From: Octopus bimaculoides
Lineage: Eukaryota
Length of the DNA: 64,000 nt
Assembly (NCBI RefSeq): GCF_001194135.2
Contig: NC_068981.1
Location: 129,727,427-129,791,426 of the forward strand
Direction: 5' to 3'
The notes beneath the pieces are model-generated. The model saw only the letters and a program-made list of their open reading frames with translations, did no database searches and was not told where the DNA came from. Below, one piece after another: positions 1 to 13,500 of the stretch (positions within the stretch are counted from its first letter, which is position 1; each line of letters opens with the position of its first letter). The translations under genes and the position numbers were made by a program.

Positions 1-2
1 CC

Positions 3-222
3 TACATATCCGGCCCTGGATTGCTGTTCTACTTCAGATATCATCTGAAGAGCAAGATAGGGCTGGAAAAGAGAACCCTGTCAGCGAAAGTATATGAACG
101 GAGATGGAAGGAAGTAGTGAAAAAGGTGGGTGTAAGTCACCCAAACTAATCATTGAGAAAATAAAAGGCAAGCTGCTGGGCCTTATAGGCTGCCGGGTTG
201 AAAGACCCAATCTCCCTTTTTA
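3..222 (+). mobile_element. 3' end of a probable Tx1/L1-type LINE (ORF2 C-terminus plus 3' UTR), cut by the window edge
   Basis: Frame 3-149 reads YISGPGLLFYFRYHLKSKIGLEKRTLSAKVYERRWKEVVKKVGVSHPN*, resembling the Tx1-clade C-terminal FR..L..R..LE....F..RW pattern. A microsatellite follows. Confidence 0.45.
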
Positions 223-1799
223 ATAGATTTACATGTGTGTAGGTGTATGTGTGGGTATGTATGTGTGTGTGTATGTATGTATGTATATATGTGTATATAT
301 GTATATATTTATATAGATATATATATGTGTGTGGGTATGTATGCATATGTATGTATATATGTGTATATATGTATATATTTATATAGATATATATATGTGT
401 GTGGGTATGTATGCATATGTATGTCTGAATATTCAAAAGGAAATAAAAGTAAGTCAACGTTATAAGAATTTTAAATTGTAAATTTTATATAAAGACATCG
501 TAAAAAATTTTTAAAACTCATAAGAACTCATACATTTTGTCTACCTGTTTGTATTGTTTTTGTATCAACCTGTGTGTATAGATCCATAGTGATCATAATA
601 AAAATTTTACACACTTCCTGTTTTGACATCACACTTCCTGCTTAACACATAAACTTTCAGCCCCCTTTTTTTAAACACAACTCAACTTTTAATTCCATGC
701 ATCCTAATCTTTCTAACAATTATCTACGTGGATTACCATTGAACTTTAAAAGCTCAAAGACAATATAATGTATTGGTATATTTATTTTTTTATATATTAT
801 TTTTTTATATTTTATATTTTATTTTTTTGTAAAAAACATTTTCACTCTCCCTCTTCTTGAAAATTTGCCATGCAATGGAAGCTGGTTAGAAATCCTTTTT
901 AATCTTCCTTATACACATTTATATTAAAATATGCTTTCAGTTTAGCATTCTGCCTTATTATTATTTTTTATTTTCCTATTATTTCTCCACTTGCGGTTAA
1001 CACAACCCCACCATTTACTGACTTATATGTATATACATATGTATATGTACGTATATGTATAAGTATATATGTATATATATGTATATATGTATATATATGT
1101 ATATATATGTATGTATATATGTATGTATATATATATATACTGTATATACTGTGCATATATATATATATATTTATGTATGTATATCTATGTATGTGTATGT
1201 ATATATGTCGTGGTACATGTATATACTTTACTGAAGGCTTGGAATTCAAATTTAAGGATGAATAAGTCTTCTAAGTGAAAGAAAATTTCACTTGCAACTC
1301 CCAAAATTTTATTTATGTCATAATATGCTGTGGAAGTTTGCAAAACTACATCAGGCAGATGGATTATCACTACACAGAACACTGATGGTACATAAGCAAC
1401 AGATAAATAATGAAAAAGAAAACAGGAAAATTCCATTAATTGGATATATAGCAACATGTGCTGGAATGAAATCACCAAAAATTTTTTAATATTTCCATAT
1501 TACAAATGCTCAAACTCAACCACAGAAAAACAAAGAAAGACAATTTATTATGAAATATAAACCTTGCTTGAATGGTTGATATATAATTTCTTTGACTTAA
1601 GGGTAATTAAGATACACATGCATGAGTGCACACTTATATTCACATAGTTTGGATATGTACAATATATTATTAACTGATGTATGTGTGTGTGTGCAAGTAA
1701 ATGTGTACGTTGTATATCTTATAAAGACTAATATTTATTAGTGGCAAAGTCAGTATTAATACCAAGAGGTAATATTTATCCTCACTTAAATATTGATGT

Positions 1800-2420
1800 T
1801 CTCTTAGCACAAACTCATAATATAATGAAGAAGATACTTCTACACAGAAAAATGTATACAGAATCTCTCTTGGAGAATTGACCAACATGTCTGGAAATTT
1901 CCAGACCGCTGCAACAACCAATACACCAAAGGTAACCCTGACTTTTTTCAGTTGTTTAAATTAGAAGCTTCATTTATACAAGAAAGTGAGGAAAAATGTT
2001 TTGGTTCTTGTGAATCACCCATGGGAATTTATGGACAGTTTTTCTGATTAGTGGACAGCCATGATAACCTCAATACCACACAAATGCTGACTATTTTCAG
2101 CTGAGTTTGGAGGTTTATTTGTGAAAGTGAAAAAGTCAGTAAATTTGTTTTGGTTCCTTTGAAGCATTGAGAAATTTGAAGGATCTTTCAAACAAGATAT
2201 ATCAATCATACCACTTTCTTTAGTAGTAAAGAGAAAAAGACATCATACACTTCATTGAACTGTTCCTAGTAACTCAGAGAGAACAGCATCGACTACACTA
2301 TTAGTTTGAAAATTAGAGAAAAAAAGCAAAATTTATGTCACTAGATAACAAAGATGCAGTTTGTGCACTGCAGAAAGGGCTATTGTATTAAAATTTTGAA
2401 ACCATAACTCTATGGTTTGT
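1800..2420 (+). mobile_element. Decayed Penelope-like element (RT C-terminus to GIY-YIG endonuclease)
   Basis: Broken translation includes GQFF*LVDSH and FQTRYINHTTFFSSKEKKTSYTSL..LRENSIDYTISLKIREK, matching PLE FKxRYxNHxxSF..YxIxWKI motifs. Many stops; boundaries approximate. Confidence 0.55.
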
Positions 2421-3221
2421 TAAATACATGACCATTTTCTTTCTTTCCCTGTCTACATCCCTATTTCTATATCTTTGCCTCTACATATATATCTCTCTTA
2501 ACATCTACATTTTCCTTTACATGCTCTCTACCAATGTATGTATATCTCTCTATCTCTATTTGAGAGTCTCCCTATCTATGGTTTTCTCTTAATGTGTCTC
2601 TTATTCCCTACTAGGTCTTTACCTGTTGCAATGCTGCTGTTAAATATATTTGCTAATCATGCATATACCTTTTAATAGTAGATTGCTATGTAGTGAAAGT
2701 CTTGTTAGTTACTATGGTGACAACAGTCTCTCTCTCTCACTCTCTTTCTATCTTTCACTCTCTCTCTCTCTTTCTCTCACTATATTTTTCTCTCAACAAA
2801 AACTTTTTCTTCTCCCTTTCTAAAAATGCATTGTGATATATAATTTGATTCCTCCCTTCCTTTCCCTTCCTCTCATAGATGTTGTGATGGACAAACAGAC
2901 AGAGATCCACTTCTCTTTTATAATATAAGATGTCTTTCTATTACACTTTGATTTTTTCTTTCTAATGTTCTTTTACCTACTATCTCTGTCTCTTATCCTC
3001 TCTTTTTCTCCTCCTTCTCTAGGGAATGGAGAAAGGAAGATAACTGTAAGGCAATATGGCCAGATTTTTTTGGTTGGAATATTAAAATTAGAATTGAATT
3101 TAAAAACATTGCTGCATTATGTATCACATTAAATGCCATACAAGCTTTCTCTATGAGGTGAATAATAATAATTTATATGGTTTTGTGGGTGTTCATTTTG
3201 TATTTTCTGAACAGAATATGG

Positions 3222-3258
3222 AGAAAGAGAGAAAGAGAGAGAGAGAGAAAGAGGGAGA

Positions 3259-3330
<72 letters not shown>
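3222..3330 (+). repeat. (GA)n microsatellite
   Basis: Direct reading. It explains the ER/RE ORFs in the track. Confidence 0.95.
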
Positions 3331-3389
3331 CAGACAGAATACTCAAGGTTTTATATATTGATTTGTTTGGTAAGTTTTGTTTGAAACAA

Positions 3390-3760
3390 TAAATTTCCTC
3401 AGTCTTTCAACATTTCAAGACAGTCTTAGTTTTATCTTGTGGATGAAACACTTTAAGTGTTGGTTGTTGCTGCCATTTTTATTATAAGAAAGACTCATGG
3501 GAATGATGTGTAACTGTTTCTCATTGGATGTTTAATTTTCCAACTTTGATGTTAGTTTTTCTTGTTGCTAAATAATTTGTCAATGTTTGTTTCTAGACAG
3601 CAGTATCTCTCTTTGATGAGATTTGTGTTATACCTTGCTATTAATACACGATCCATGATCATCTCCTATATTTCTAACACAAGCATCTGATAGTCTATAT
3701 TTTACTACCTTTGTTTTATACTGTATGACATAATATGTTGCTTCTTGTTATAGAGCATGG
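3390..3760 (-). mobile_element. Heavily decayed Penelope-like GIY-YIG fragment
   Basis: Minus strand reads ARYNTNLIKERY..SWKIK..KC*KTEE, a weak match to the PLE ARYNNH..WKI..C..C..EEK motif. Confidence 0.35.
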
Positions 3761-4899
3761 CTAGCCAGTGTCATAGTTGCCTGTCGTAACATTTCTAGTG
3801 CATAACTATGAGATGATGTATATTGCACATTCTTGTTTGATATTAATTTCATTTTGATTTTTCCATATTTGACTTTTAGTTTTTCTCAGTACCATTCCAG
3901 ATTATACAATTATTTCTTAACTGGTTGTTATTATTTAGATCTAGGGCACCGACCTTTAATTGAACAGACCTTTAACCAAAGGTATAATGCATCTAGGGCA
4001 TACATTATCCAATGTATCCTGCTAATTTTAAGACAGTAGGGTGTGATTTGAGAGAAATTTAGTTGCTATTTCTTGAGATAATACAACAGCACACAAAACA
4101 CTCTCATTTGCTTGTTCTTAACTGCTCAGTTGAGTTAGTTGTAACTATTCACCCACAATATCTTCTTCATATCCTTGTAGTTAAAAAAATTTTGATTTTA
4201 CACTGTTAAGCCTAAACTTAGACAAAATAACGAAGAAACTTTATTGCAAAGGAAGTGGTTTGAGTACTAGTTCATCAAAAATGTTACCCGTCATGGAAAA
4301 GGAGAAATATTTATCTCTCATTCTCCCTACATATGTAATCAGAGCAGAGCATCCAAAGGTTTAGGCATTTATTCAACAATAACTGGACAAATTAATGCAA
4401 TTAGAATTGCATTGGGCTTATACACCCAAAAGCAACATTAAATAATAAGTAGGATTGATAAGGATTAATTAGGTATTATAATTATATTTTAACTGGTATG
4501 TTATTTGTTTTTTCCAGTGTCATGTTTTTCCATATATGCATCTCTCTTTTCTAGAATTGAACAAATGAATAGCTATTTTACAGTTTCATATCTTTTGTCC
4601 ATGTTCCAGAAAAATGTTTAATCCTGAAAATGTGATAATTCAGTAATTTATCAATCAAAAGATACCCATCTGTCCACTTTGTGGAATCTTCTTATCTACC
4701 ACTTTTCAGCCAGTGTGGCTCCATATGCAGTTCTCTTACAAAGAAATCTTTCTCATCTGCTACCCATTTTGTATTCAATCACATATTGTATTTAGTCAGC
4801 AAAATTTTCCTTTACATTCCACTAAAACATTCCTTTACATTCCACCAATCTTGCCACCTCTTGTCACTCCAAACCAACAAAACCATTAATTTTTACAGT

Positions 4900-6180
4900 A
4901 TTGCTTGTATTACACTCAGACAATATACTCCAGACCTCAGAGCCAGCGCCCATCTTCAGGATTATATATTAATCTTTGGAAATATATTACAGTTAGTTTG
5001 ATCTCTAAAAAAAGAAATTTCTTTTAACTCTTCCCACTATTAACTTTAATAGCCATATTATCCGAGATCAATGCTTTGAGACAGTATTTATCCTCAGTGC
5101 TCATTAGTACAGCTTCCTTAATACCAGATCTAGCTGAAACCTATTCTCTAACACTCACTAGTGGTCTTTCATCCTTGACAAATTCATGGAAAATCATTGC
5201 TGCAATTGATATCAGAAAGGCTAATGAATGGGTAAGGCATGAAAATTTCCCAGCTAAACTACCTGCCTATGAATTCAGCTGACTTTAGTCTCTTGAATTA
5301 GAAGCTTCCTGTTAGACTATACCATTACAGCTGGTGTAGATGGGGCTCTATCTAATCTACACTCCATAAACTCTGTTGTCCCCCAATGTGTGTTTCTTCC
5401 AATACTTCAACAAATTATTTGCCATCAATTCCCTTGGTGATAATATCATTCAACTCTCCTCCTCAACCTTCTGCATATAGAACGATTACGTCCTTTACAC
5501 ATAATCCTGTCACTACATCCATGAACAGAAACCTCAAACATTCTCCAGTGGAGACAATAATTTTGTTTCTCCAACTGCACAAAAGTACAGACACTCAGTG
5601 CAGAGATCAAGTGAACAGTCTTCCACCTCATCTTGGTAAACACAACTAAAACCCTCAAATCCACTATAAATGCTACACTTTACAGTTACTTATGGTCTCC
5701 CTTTGTAATTTCATTTCATCCCATAGCAAACAATGTAACATAAAGACTATCCTTTTCTTCAAAGCCAGAAAATATTTCAGCAGAAATCACTACTGACTCT
5801 CTACAAAGCCCAAATGAAATTCACTATGGAATACTGTTTCTATCTGCAATGGCATATACTAAACACATGCATTCTAGACTGTATCCAAAACACAACCAAT
5901 TGATTGATTGACAAGAACTATCTCGCCGACACACTCAATGCACTGTCTCTTCACTTTGTCTCTTCCATTACTACCACAACAATCTATGCTCCTCAAAACT
6001 TGTTAGTACTATGCCACCTCTATTCAAGTCCTCCTCTGATTATTTAGTGTCTCCCTTTCCATTTCTTGCATTAATTACTAATCCCATTCTTTGTTCTCCA
6101 GGGTGCTAACTTTCTAGAATTTCCTACATTTTCTTTCAGCCATTAATTTGAAGCTTTTCAAACTGAACATAGACCACACA
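4900..6180 (+). mobile_element. Decayed CR1/L2-group LINE reverse transcriptase relic
   Basis: IIAAIDIRKANEWVRHENFPAKLPAYEFS (cf. ALDISKAFDRVWH..LL.KL..YG), SINSVVPQCVFLP (cf. SGVPQGSVLSP) and LFFKARKYFS..TLYKAQ..EYC. Confidence 0.7.
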
Positions 6181-6333
6181 AATCTGACCAGTCATAGGAG
6201 GCCTAAGAAGATCATGGGTACTGTGCCTTCTTCCTGACCCAAAATATATATAAGAAAAATCACATGTCAATCAGATTCCAACAGCTATGTTAGCAATTGT
6301 CTCACTTTTTATTAGATCATTAGAAACTCTTCT

Positions 6334-6550
6334 AAAGTGTTGAGCTGGCAGAAACGTTAGTGCGCTGGGCAAAATGCTTAGCGGTATTTCGTCTGTCTTT
6401 GCGTTCATTGTTCAAATTCCGCCAAGGTCGACTTTGCCTTTCATCCTTTCAGAGTCGATAAATTAAGTACCAGCTGCATACTGGGGTCGATCTAATCGAC
6501 TGGCTCCTTCCCCCAAAATTTTAGGCCTTGTGCCTAGAGTAGAAAAGATT
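6334..6550 (+). mobile_element. tRNA-derived SINE (family A) with 15-bp target-site duplication
   Basis: Box A/B-like head (GAGCTGGCAGAA..GTTCAAATTCC) and central GTCGACTTTGCCTTTCATCCTTTC..GTCGATAAATTAAGTACC domain. TSD ATTAGAAACTCTTCT at 6319-6333 and 6551-6565. Confidence 0.85.
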
Positions 6551-7462
6551 ATTAGAAACTCTTCTGACTGGAGATAGTTAACTGATAGATTTACTTGAAT
6601 CTAGATGTTAACAATCTGTATTCTAAGCAATTTTCGCATTTTCTAATGATTCTGGCTGCTTTAGTATCATTTTTCCAAACACTTAACAGCCATTTTACAG
6701 TGATTGTAATGCAATCAGTTTTTCTATAGATGGATGTGGAAGTGCCATTATCTATGGATTAAATTTCACAACTGGTTCAATGGCAATTTTCTGTCTTTCA
6801 TTTTTTCTATCACTTAGATTGAATTTCAGTTTTATTTGTTTTACTTGTTTTACTATATAGTCTTTTCTTTTCATTTTTTATTTTTCCAAATTATGTTTAA
6901 CAACGACTTATTTTACTTGACTATCAGCTACAGTTCAAAGCCTATGTAACCCTATATTGTCATTATATTAATTATCATCATTATCATCTTCCTCACTATC
7001 CCACCTTCTACAGTGTCTACAGTGTTTTGTTATATATATATATCTGTTTGAGCAGTGAGATTTGCCATCTCCTTCAGTAATGTCTAGAAATACAATTTAT
7101 ATTGGTGTTGTTGCTAAGTCCTAGATCATAAATCAAAAGAATTTTTTTTGTACATCTCGGTAAGCATTATCTAATAATGTGGGCCTTCTTAATAAAAATA
7201 GTAGGGAGTGAGTTGAGGAAAATTTGGCTATCAAGTGCTGTATAGAAATTAATACAGTCACTTGTATGCAAAGTAAGTAAATGTATAGACTTCCATTTAT
7301 GACTTGTCTGGATCTGGGAACAATTGTACTGCTGTGTGTATACATTTGGAAGATGAATGTTGTATCTGATGTGTTTTGATGTTGCAGATCAAAATTTACT
7401 TTCAAAATTTCTTCCACTTTCCTCAATTGTAACAGTTACAAACATAACGGTTGTGACCTAGA

Positions 7463-7658
7463 TCATCATCATCATCGTTTAACGTCCGCTTTCTATGCTA
7501 GCATGGGTTGGACGATTTGACTGAGGACTGGTGAAACCGGATGGCAACACCAGGNNNNNNNNNNATTTGACTGAGGACTGGTGAAACCGGATGGCAACAC
7601 CAGGCTCCAATCTAAATTTGGCAGAGTTTCTACAGCTGGATGCCCTTCCTAACGCCAA
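7463..7658 (-). mobile_element. RTE-LINE 3' UTR fragment with (GAT)n tail
   Basis: Same sequence follows the RTE ORF end at 25824-26550. Contains a 10-N gap with duplicated overlap. Confidence 0.8.
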
Positions 7659-7859
7659 GATGAGGTTGTATAATTCTGAAGCAGTCCTAAAGAAAATATC
7701 TTTTATCTTTTACTTGTTTCAGTCATTGGACCATTGGTCATGGTAAGCATGAGAGAGGTAAAAAATGAGATAGGTGTGATACATGGTTTACTAATTGAGA
7801 GGTTAGAAATGACAGAGAGAAGATAAAATGCACTACAGCAGTAGACTTGTGGTCAGTAA

Positions 7860-8250
7860 AAATGTGTCAATCAGTTAGATGGCCTTCTTTAAATGCACTG
7901 TAAAAAGTTTGTGTCTTGTAAGGATCATCAGCTGTTTCAAGCTGAAGTATTTTCTGGTTTTGAATGAAAAATAATGTTTGGGATGAAGCAAAAGAAACAA
8001 AAGCCAGAACTCAAGGAAACTAGTGATGATTTGCATCAACAAAAATCAGTTGATAGAATTTGTAAAATAAGGTAAATATGTGCTATGGGGAGAGGTAAGG
8101 TCTGAGGTTTCAAGGCCCAGTTTGAAGAAGCAGTCTTGGCTATGTTATAGATGCTGGTTACTAACATACATTATGTAGTAAATCAGAAAATTGAATGAAT
8201 TAAAACAACACCTCTAAAATTACACCGACTTTCTAAATGACTAATTCCTA

Positions 8251-8305
<55 letters not shown>

Positions 8306-8880
8306 AGCAAAAGGTCACAATGCTATAGCTTTACTATTAAGTTTTTATGCAACAGGTGTTTGGATATTTTTCTCTTATATTCATGTTATAGTTATGTTGT
8401 TGTCACTATGAAATGCTGTCAGAGATCATTAAACATAACATTTGTAACCAATTTAAGGATTTTAATTATGTGTTGATCACATGTAGAGTGTGATGCTGTA
8501 AAGCTTCATTGATATGAGTAGTGTCTGTTTTGGTGTGTTGTTGAATGAGATTAGGTTGACATGAACCCATCTGAGAATGTTTTCAAAGCTTCTTTTCTAA
8601 GACAAATGATTAATGTGTCTCGGTTGTGTGAAGCATGATATGATACCTGTGCAGGATATGTTTGAGAGAAGTGTAGTATCATCTGAAAAGGAGTATGTGT
8701 GTTGTCACAGGTGGCAGTGAGAAGGTCAGTGATGTGCAGAAGGGATGGTGTGGAAAACATAAACTCTGAGAAATACCTGATTTCACAGAATGGAGGTTGG
8801 AGAAATCCCATATTGGCACATGTTGCAAAGGAGCAGTCTTCACAGCAATCTTCCAAATAAAAATGCATCATGTAGCTTTC
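7860..8880 (-). mobile_element. Decayed CR1/L2-group LINE RT relic (same type as 4900-6180)
   Basis: Minus strand SDDTTL (cf. ADDSTL), LENILRWVHVNLISFN (cf. L..I..WG..NLV.FN) and FKTRKYFSLKQLMIL. Interrupted by (AT)n. Confidence 0.55.
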
Positions 8881-9660
8881 ACTGCTTTTCTTCATTCTAA
8901 TCAAAATCTCTCTCACTACTATTTCCACTACCATCAAAACTATCACTGTCACTATTACCATTGAAATCATTAATACAAATACTAAAACTATATACAATCG
9001 TTATTGTCTTTGTCCTCATAAATACAATGGCTATCATTATTATCACCATAATTAGCTGCATCCTTCTCATAAACATCCCCATCACATTGATAATGATTAC
9101 ATCTGTGAGATTCTGTGAAATTATAAACCATGTAATAAAAGCACTTTCACACTAGAGATACGGCAAACAATAATTTCGCTGCTATTTTACTTGGAGTGCA
9201 TTGGAGAAATTTAATTTCTTCTTCCAGATATATTTTCTTGTTCTTTCAATTTATCTGGACAGTTCAACCAGTTTACAACGGAATGAAATGTGTTTCTTTG
9301 CACATCAGAATTGGTTTAAGCATGAATCAATTGAATAGGATGGAATAAATACTATAAAGGAGAATAAATGAGGTATGTATTAATTTGAGAAATAGAGTAG
9401 GTATGATATCAACTATATTAAATGAATTAAGCACTAGAATGGCTTAGTTAGGCATTAGAGTTAGTTTAAACAAAAGCAATCATGTATTTGGACAAGAAAG
9501 AAAGAGTGGGAAGGAGGAAAGAGGGAAAACAAAACTTAATAAAGAAGACATTGAATTTACATTTTCTTGTATTTGGTATTTTACAATGGTGGACTTGCAT
9601 TGTTGTTAAAGTGCTGCTTTAACTCACATGATCACATATTGAAGCTTTATTATAATAATC

Positions 9661-9703
<43 letters not shown>

Positions 9704-10588
9704 GAGTATTTTACTTGCCGCAATAAACCTACTTGGAAAATAGATATAAAGCATGTCATAATTCAATATTTAGTGTATGTCATAATTCAATATTTAATGT
9801 TAAGGAGGACATCTTATAGTAAAAATCTTATACAACAAAAGTTCATAGAAATACCTAAATTTCATCTAGCCAACTCAACGTTGGTCTAAGTCAGTGGTTC
9901 TCAAACTGTGCGCTGCGGCACACTGGTGCGCTGCGGCACACTGGTGCGCTGCAGCACACTGGTGCGCTGCAAGATGTAACTAGGTGCGCCTTGAAAAAGA
10001 AAGATTTCATTTCAAAATATGAAAAATACAAACCAAAATTCTCTAGTAAGTTAATATATAAATGTCAAATTGGCAAAAAAACTAAACACTAATTTCGCAA
10101 CTAAGAATGAGAGGTGATTGTGTCATTCAATTCATTTAGGCTAATTATGATATGATACTGTAATTCGATTTTGAATCTGAAATTTCATAAGGATAAGAAT
10201 TAAATTAGCATCAATCTATCGTCAAAATTGACATCTTATGAACACATTCAGTGCACGACTATGTTTCAGTTTATTTCAGTCATAGCCTCAGCAGTTTTCA
10301 TTTCAATAATAAACTATTGAACTAAAATATACGATGTTGAACTAAATCTTTTAGTACATCCTCCAGTATTGTGGCTGTATTTCAATTTTTTTCATTCATA
10401 CAGTGACAAGCATTTTCATCTTTTTGCAATTAGTTTTGAAAGACTTCTCAAAAGTGTCTGATAATATGTGATACGCTGCCACTTTTCACAGCTCACTGGT
10501 CACTTGTTGCAGTCTCAGTTTGACTCTGTTAGTCATCTATGCTCTTTGTGCAAGACAATTCATATTAACAGACTAAATTATCCATAAA

Positions 10589-12780
10589 ATGGAAAAGTTT
10601 ATTAAGAGGAAACATAACTGTGATGATTATGAATCTGAAAGTGAACGTTGATCAAAAGCAACTAAGTGTAGTGATAATAATGCGAAAGCTCAACCCAGTC
10701 ATAAATATTGCAATAGCTATTTAAAGTTTGGATTTCATTGGACTGGCAATGAGGATCAACCTCTTCCACTGTGGTAAAAGATGTCTAATGAAGGCATGTT
10801 GCCCAGCAAGTTGAAAAGACATTTTACTACTAAACACTCACATCTTCAATGTAAAGATCTGAATTATTTCCAAAGACTGCTAGAACAGCAATCTAAACAA
10901 AGAAATTATTTTGAAAAAAGGATGAATGCTTCTGAAAAGGCTCAAGTCGCATCTATTGAGATAGCCGAAATGATTGTACTACAAATGAAATTGCATATTT
11001 TAGTTTAGTTGATTATCTTACCTGCTTGAAGAAAGATGGTTAAAACCATGTTAGATGATGAAGCCGAGCAAGAAATAAGCAAGATTCTGCTCTCAAATAA
11101 TACAATCCATAGGCAAATTATGGATTTATCTGCTGATATAGAGGAAAATGTACAGAACAAATTTCAGGACTCAGAATTTACTCTACAGGTTGGCGAATCA
11201 ACTGACATTAGTAACAAAGCACAATTAATTACATTTATATGCTTTATTGATGGTAACATCATCATCATCATCATCATCGTTTAACATCCGCTTTCCATGC
11301 TAGCATGGGTTGGACGATTTGACTGAGGACTGGTGAACTGGATGGCTACACCAGGCTCCAATCTGATTTGGCAGAGTTTCTACAGCTGGATGCCCTTCCT
11401 AATGCCAACCACTCCGAGAGTGTAGTGGGTGCTTTTACGTGCCTCCGATACGAAGGCCAGTCAGGTGGTACTGGCAATGGCCACGCTCAAAATGGTGTAT
11501 TTTACGTGCCACCTGCACAGGAGCCAGTCCAGTGGCACTGGCACGATCTCGCTTGAATGTCTTTACACGTGCCACTGGCACAAGTGCCAGGAAGGTGACG
11601 CTGGGCACCAAATCATAAATCAGTTCTGTTGTTGCGAAGAAATGCCACTCACTTCAAGAGGTCAAGATATTTTTGACATTTTATCTGCCTACCTTGTAAA
11701 ACGGAATTTATCCCGGAATTCATGTGTTGGAATATGTACCTATGGGGAACCATCTATGATAGGCTCTATTAAAGGTTTTGTATTGCTCATGCAACAGCAA
11801 AATCCTAATGTTATATGTTCTCATTGCTTTCTACATAGGGAGGTACTAGTTTCAAAAACAATACCAGTTGAGTTAAAACAAGTATTATACAAAGTTGTTG
11901 AAATGGTTAATTATATTCAAAGTAGGTCATTGAAGTATTGTTTATTTGAACAAATTTGTGTTGATATGGATTCCCAGCACAAGCACTTACTTTTACACAC
12001 AAAAGTCAAACAGCTTTCAAAAGGTAAGGTGCTACATTGCATATATGAACTCCAGAAGGAATTGCATACATTTTTAAAGAAAAACATGAACACTTAGAAT
12101 GTTTACAATGTGAATTTTGGGGTTCCAAGTTGGAATATTTAACAGAGATATTTGCACAACTTAATAGTGTCAACACAAGTATGCAAGGTAGAGATGAAAA
12201 CTTTCTCACTTTGACAGATCAGCTGGTTTCATTTAAAATGAAAGTTGTAATTTGGAAAAATAGAGTTGAAGGTGGTAACTTGGAAATGTTTCCCTTAATA
12301 CGTAAAAGGTGCATAAAAAAATGACTCCTATTGTATTTGAACATTTGACAAATCTGGAAGAAAAAAATAAACTTTTATTTTCTGTCATTGAACACAGAAG
12401 AGTATGATTGGGTTCAGAATCCCTTCATAAAAATTCCATCTAATATTGATCTGAAAATATGTGAAGAAGAGGAATTGGCATTTATGTCCAGTGATCACAG
12501 ACTTAAAATCAAGTATGCTGAGTTACCTATTGATACATTTTGGAATACTATTATAGGAGAATACCCCCTCAGTAGTAAAAAAAAAAGCTCCATCTATTTT
12601 GATGCAGTTTTCCACATCGTATTTATGTGAGTTGGGATTTTCAATCCTCAATAACATCAAATCCAAAAAAGAAAGAGGCTCTGTTGCATCAAAGAAACAA
12701 TGAGGATTTGTCTTTCTCAAATACATCCCAATATTGAAAACATTTCCAAAAAACATCAAGCACATGTTTCTCATGGGTAA
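10589..12780 (+). pseudogene. hAT (Buster/ZBED5-ZBED8-like) transposase pseudogene
   Basis: YLKFGF..MSNEGMLPSKLKRHFTTKH (BED finger), LQVGESTDISNKAQL, VGICTYGEPSMIG, HCFLHREVL, LEYLTEIFAQLN, CELGFS..KHQAHVSHG*. Multiple stops and frameshifts plus an RTE-tail insertion. Confidence 0.93.
11258..11608 (-). mobile_element. RTE-LINE 3' fragment inserted into the hAT transposase
   Basis: Splits FIDGN|QIINQF. Carries the (GAT)n tail and the AGGAAGGGCATCCAGCTGTAGAAAC motif on the minus strand. Confidence 0.88.
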
Positions 12781-13293
12781 CTTTGCTTCAAATATTGAAT
12801 AAAGAGTGAGTACATGCAATTTTTCTGTATCTTTAATTATCTGTATATCACTTTATAGTTTATGTAGAAAAGCTCTTTTGAATAAATTTTAGAATTTATG
12901 TACAAAGTGTGCCAAAATATTTTAACTTCTTGTAAGGTGTGCCGTGAGTAAAAAAAGTTTGGGAACCACTGGTCTGAGCTAAATAACTAAATGTCTTTTC
13001 AGCCAGTGTGTATTTCTGGTTTTATGACATTCTCTAGATGAAATCTAAACCTAATTTGGATTAAATCTTAGTCTGTTACAAGTAACATTCCCAGATGATC
13101 TACTATCAGCTCCTGACAGCTAGGAGAACTATAGAATAAAGTTTATTGTCCGGAAAAACAATAAAATGCTACAACTAGATTTGAACTCATGGCATAGTTG
13201 TCAAATACCTTGTCTACTCAGTTATTTTATCATTATATATTAGAACAGTTGAATAAGTCTGTAAATTTAATCATTCACAAGACTGAAAGAAGC

Positions 13294-13345
<52 letters not shown>

Positions 13346-13351
<6 letters not shown>

Positions 13352-13500
13352 GCTTCTTTCAGTCTCCGTCTACCAAATCCAGTTACAAGGATTTGGTCTG
13401 CCCAAAGCTATAGTAGAAGACACTTGCCCAAGGTGCCACACTGTGGGACTGAACCTGAACCATGTGGTTGGGAAGCAAGCTTCTTACCACACAGCCATGC
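13346..13500 (-). mobile_element. tRNA-derived SINE family B (CORE-like), 5' half
   Basis: Reverse complement reads GCATGGCTGTGTGGTAAGAAGCTTGCTTCCCAACCACATGGTTCAGGTTCAGTCCC..CACCTTGGGCAAGTGTCTTCTACTATAGC. Homologous copies at 13966, 20571, 45068 and 46071. Confidence 0.8.

Larger units (their letters stand above)
9892..12971 (+). mobile_element. Full-length hAT DNA transposon, Buster/Charlie group
   Basis: TIRs CAGTGGTTCTCAAAC / GTTTGGGAACCACTG. Flanking 8-mers GTCTAAGT and GTCTGAGC (6/8 identical, NTCTAGAN-like Buster target). Internal transposase relic. Confidence 0.95.

Noticed and set aside
44-110. CTGAAGA..GCGAAAG hammerhead-like spacing
   Set aside because: No valid NUH cleavage triplet or stem III, and it lies inside the Tx1-like coding frame.
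146-1278. ORFs rich in IY/YT/HT/CV/ER dipeptides here and throughout the window
   Set aside because: They are translations of (AT)n, (CA)n, (GA)n and (CAT)n microsatellites.
1847-1930. Candidate exon KNVYRISLGELTNMSGNFQTAATTNTPK with a GTAACC donor
   Set aside because: Weak acceptor, and it lies within a stretch better explained as a decayed Penelope element.
7500-7605. Short direct repeats around 10-N gaps (also 31300-31435 and 60335-60460)
   Set aside because: Identical sequence on both sides of a fixed 10-N spacer is an unmerged contig overlap.
8551-8997. 148-aa Cys-containing ORF as a host gene
   Set aside because: Other frames of the same strand carry LINE RT motifs (SDDTTL), and its start is a simple-repeat tract.
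9908-9970. CRISPR-like array
   Set aside because: Contiguous tandem units without unique spacers, inside a eukaryotic transposon end.
11429-12097. 222-aa ORF as a functional protein
   Set aside because: It is a chimera of an inserted RTE tail and part of a broken hAT transposase.
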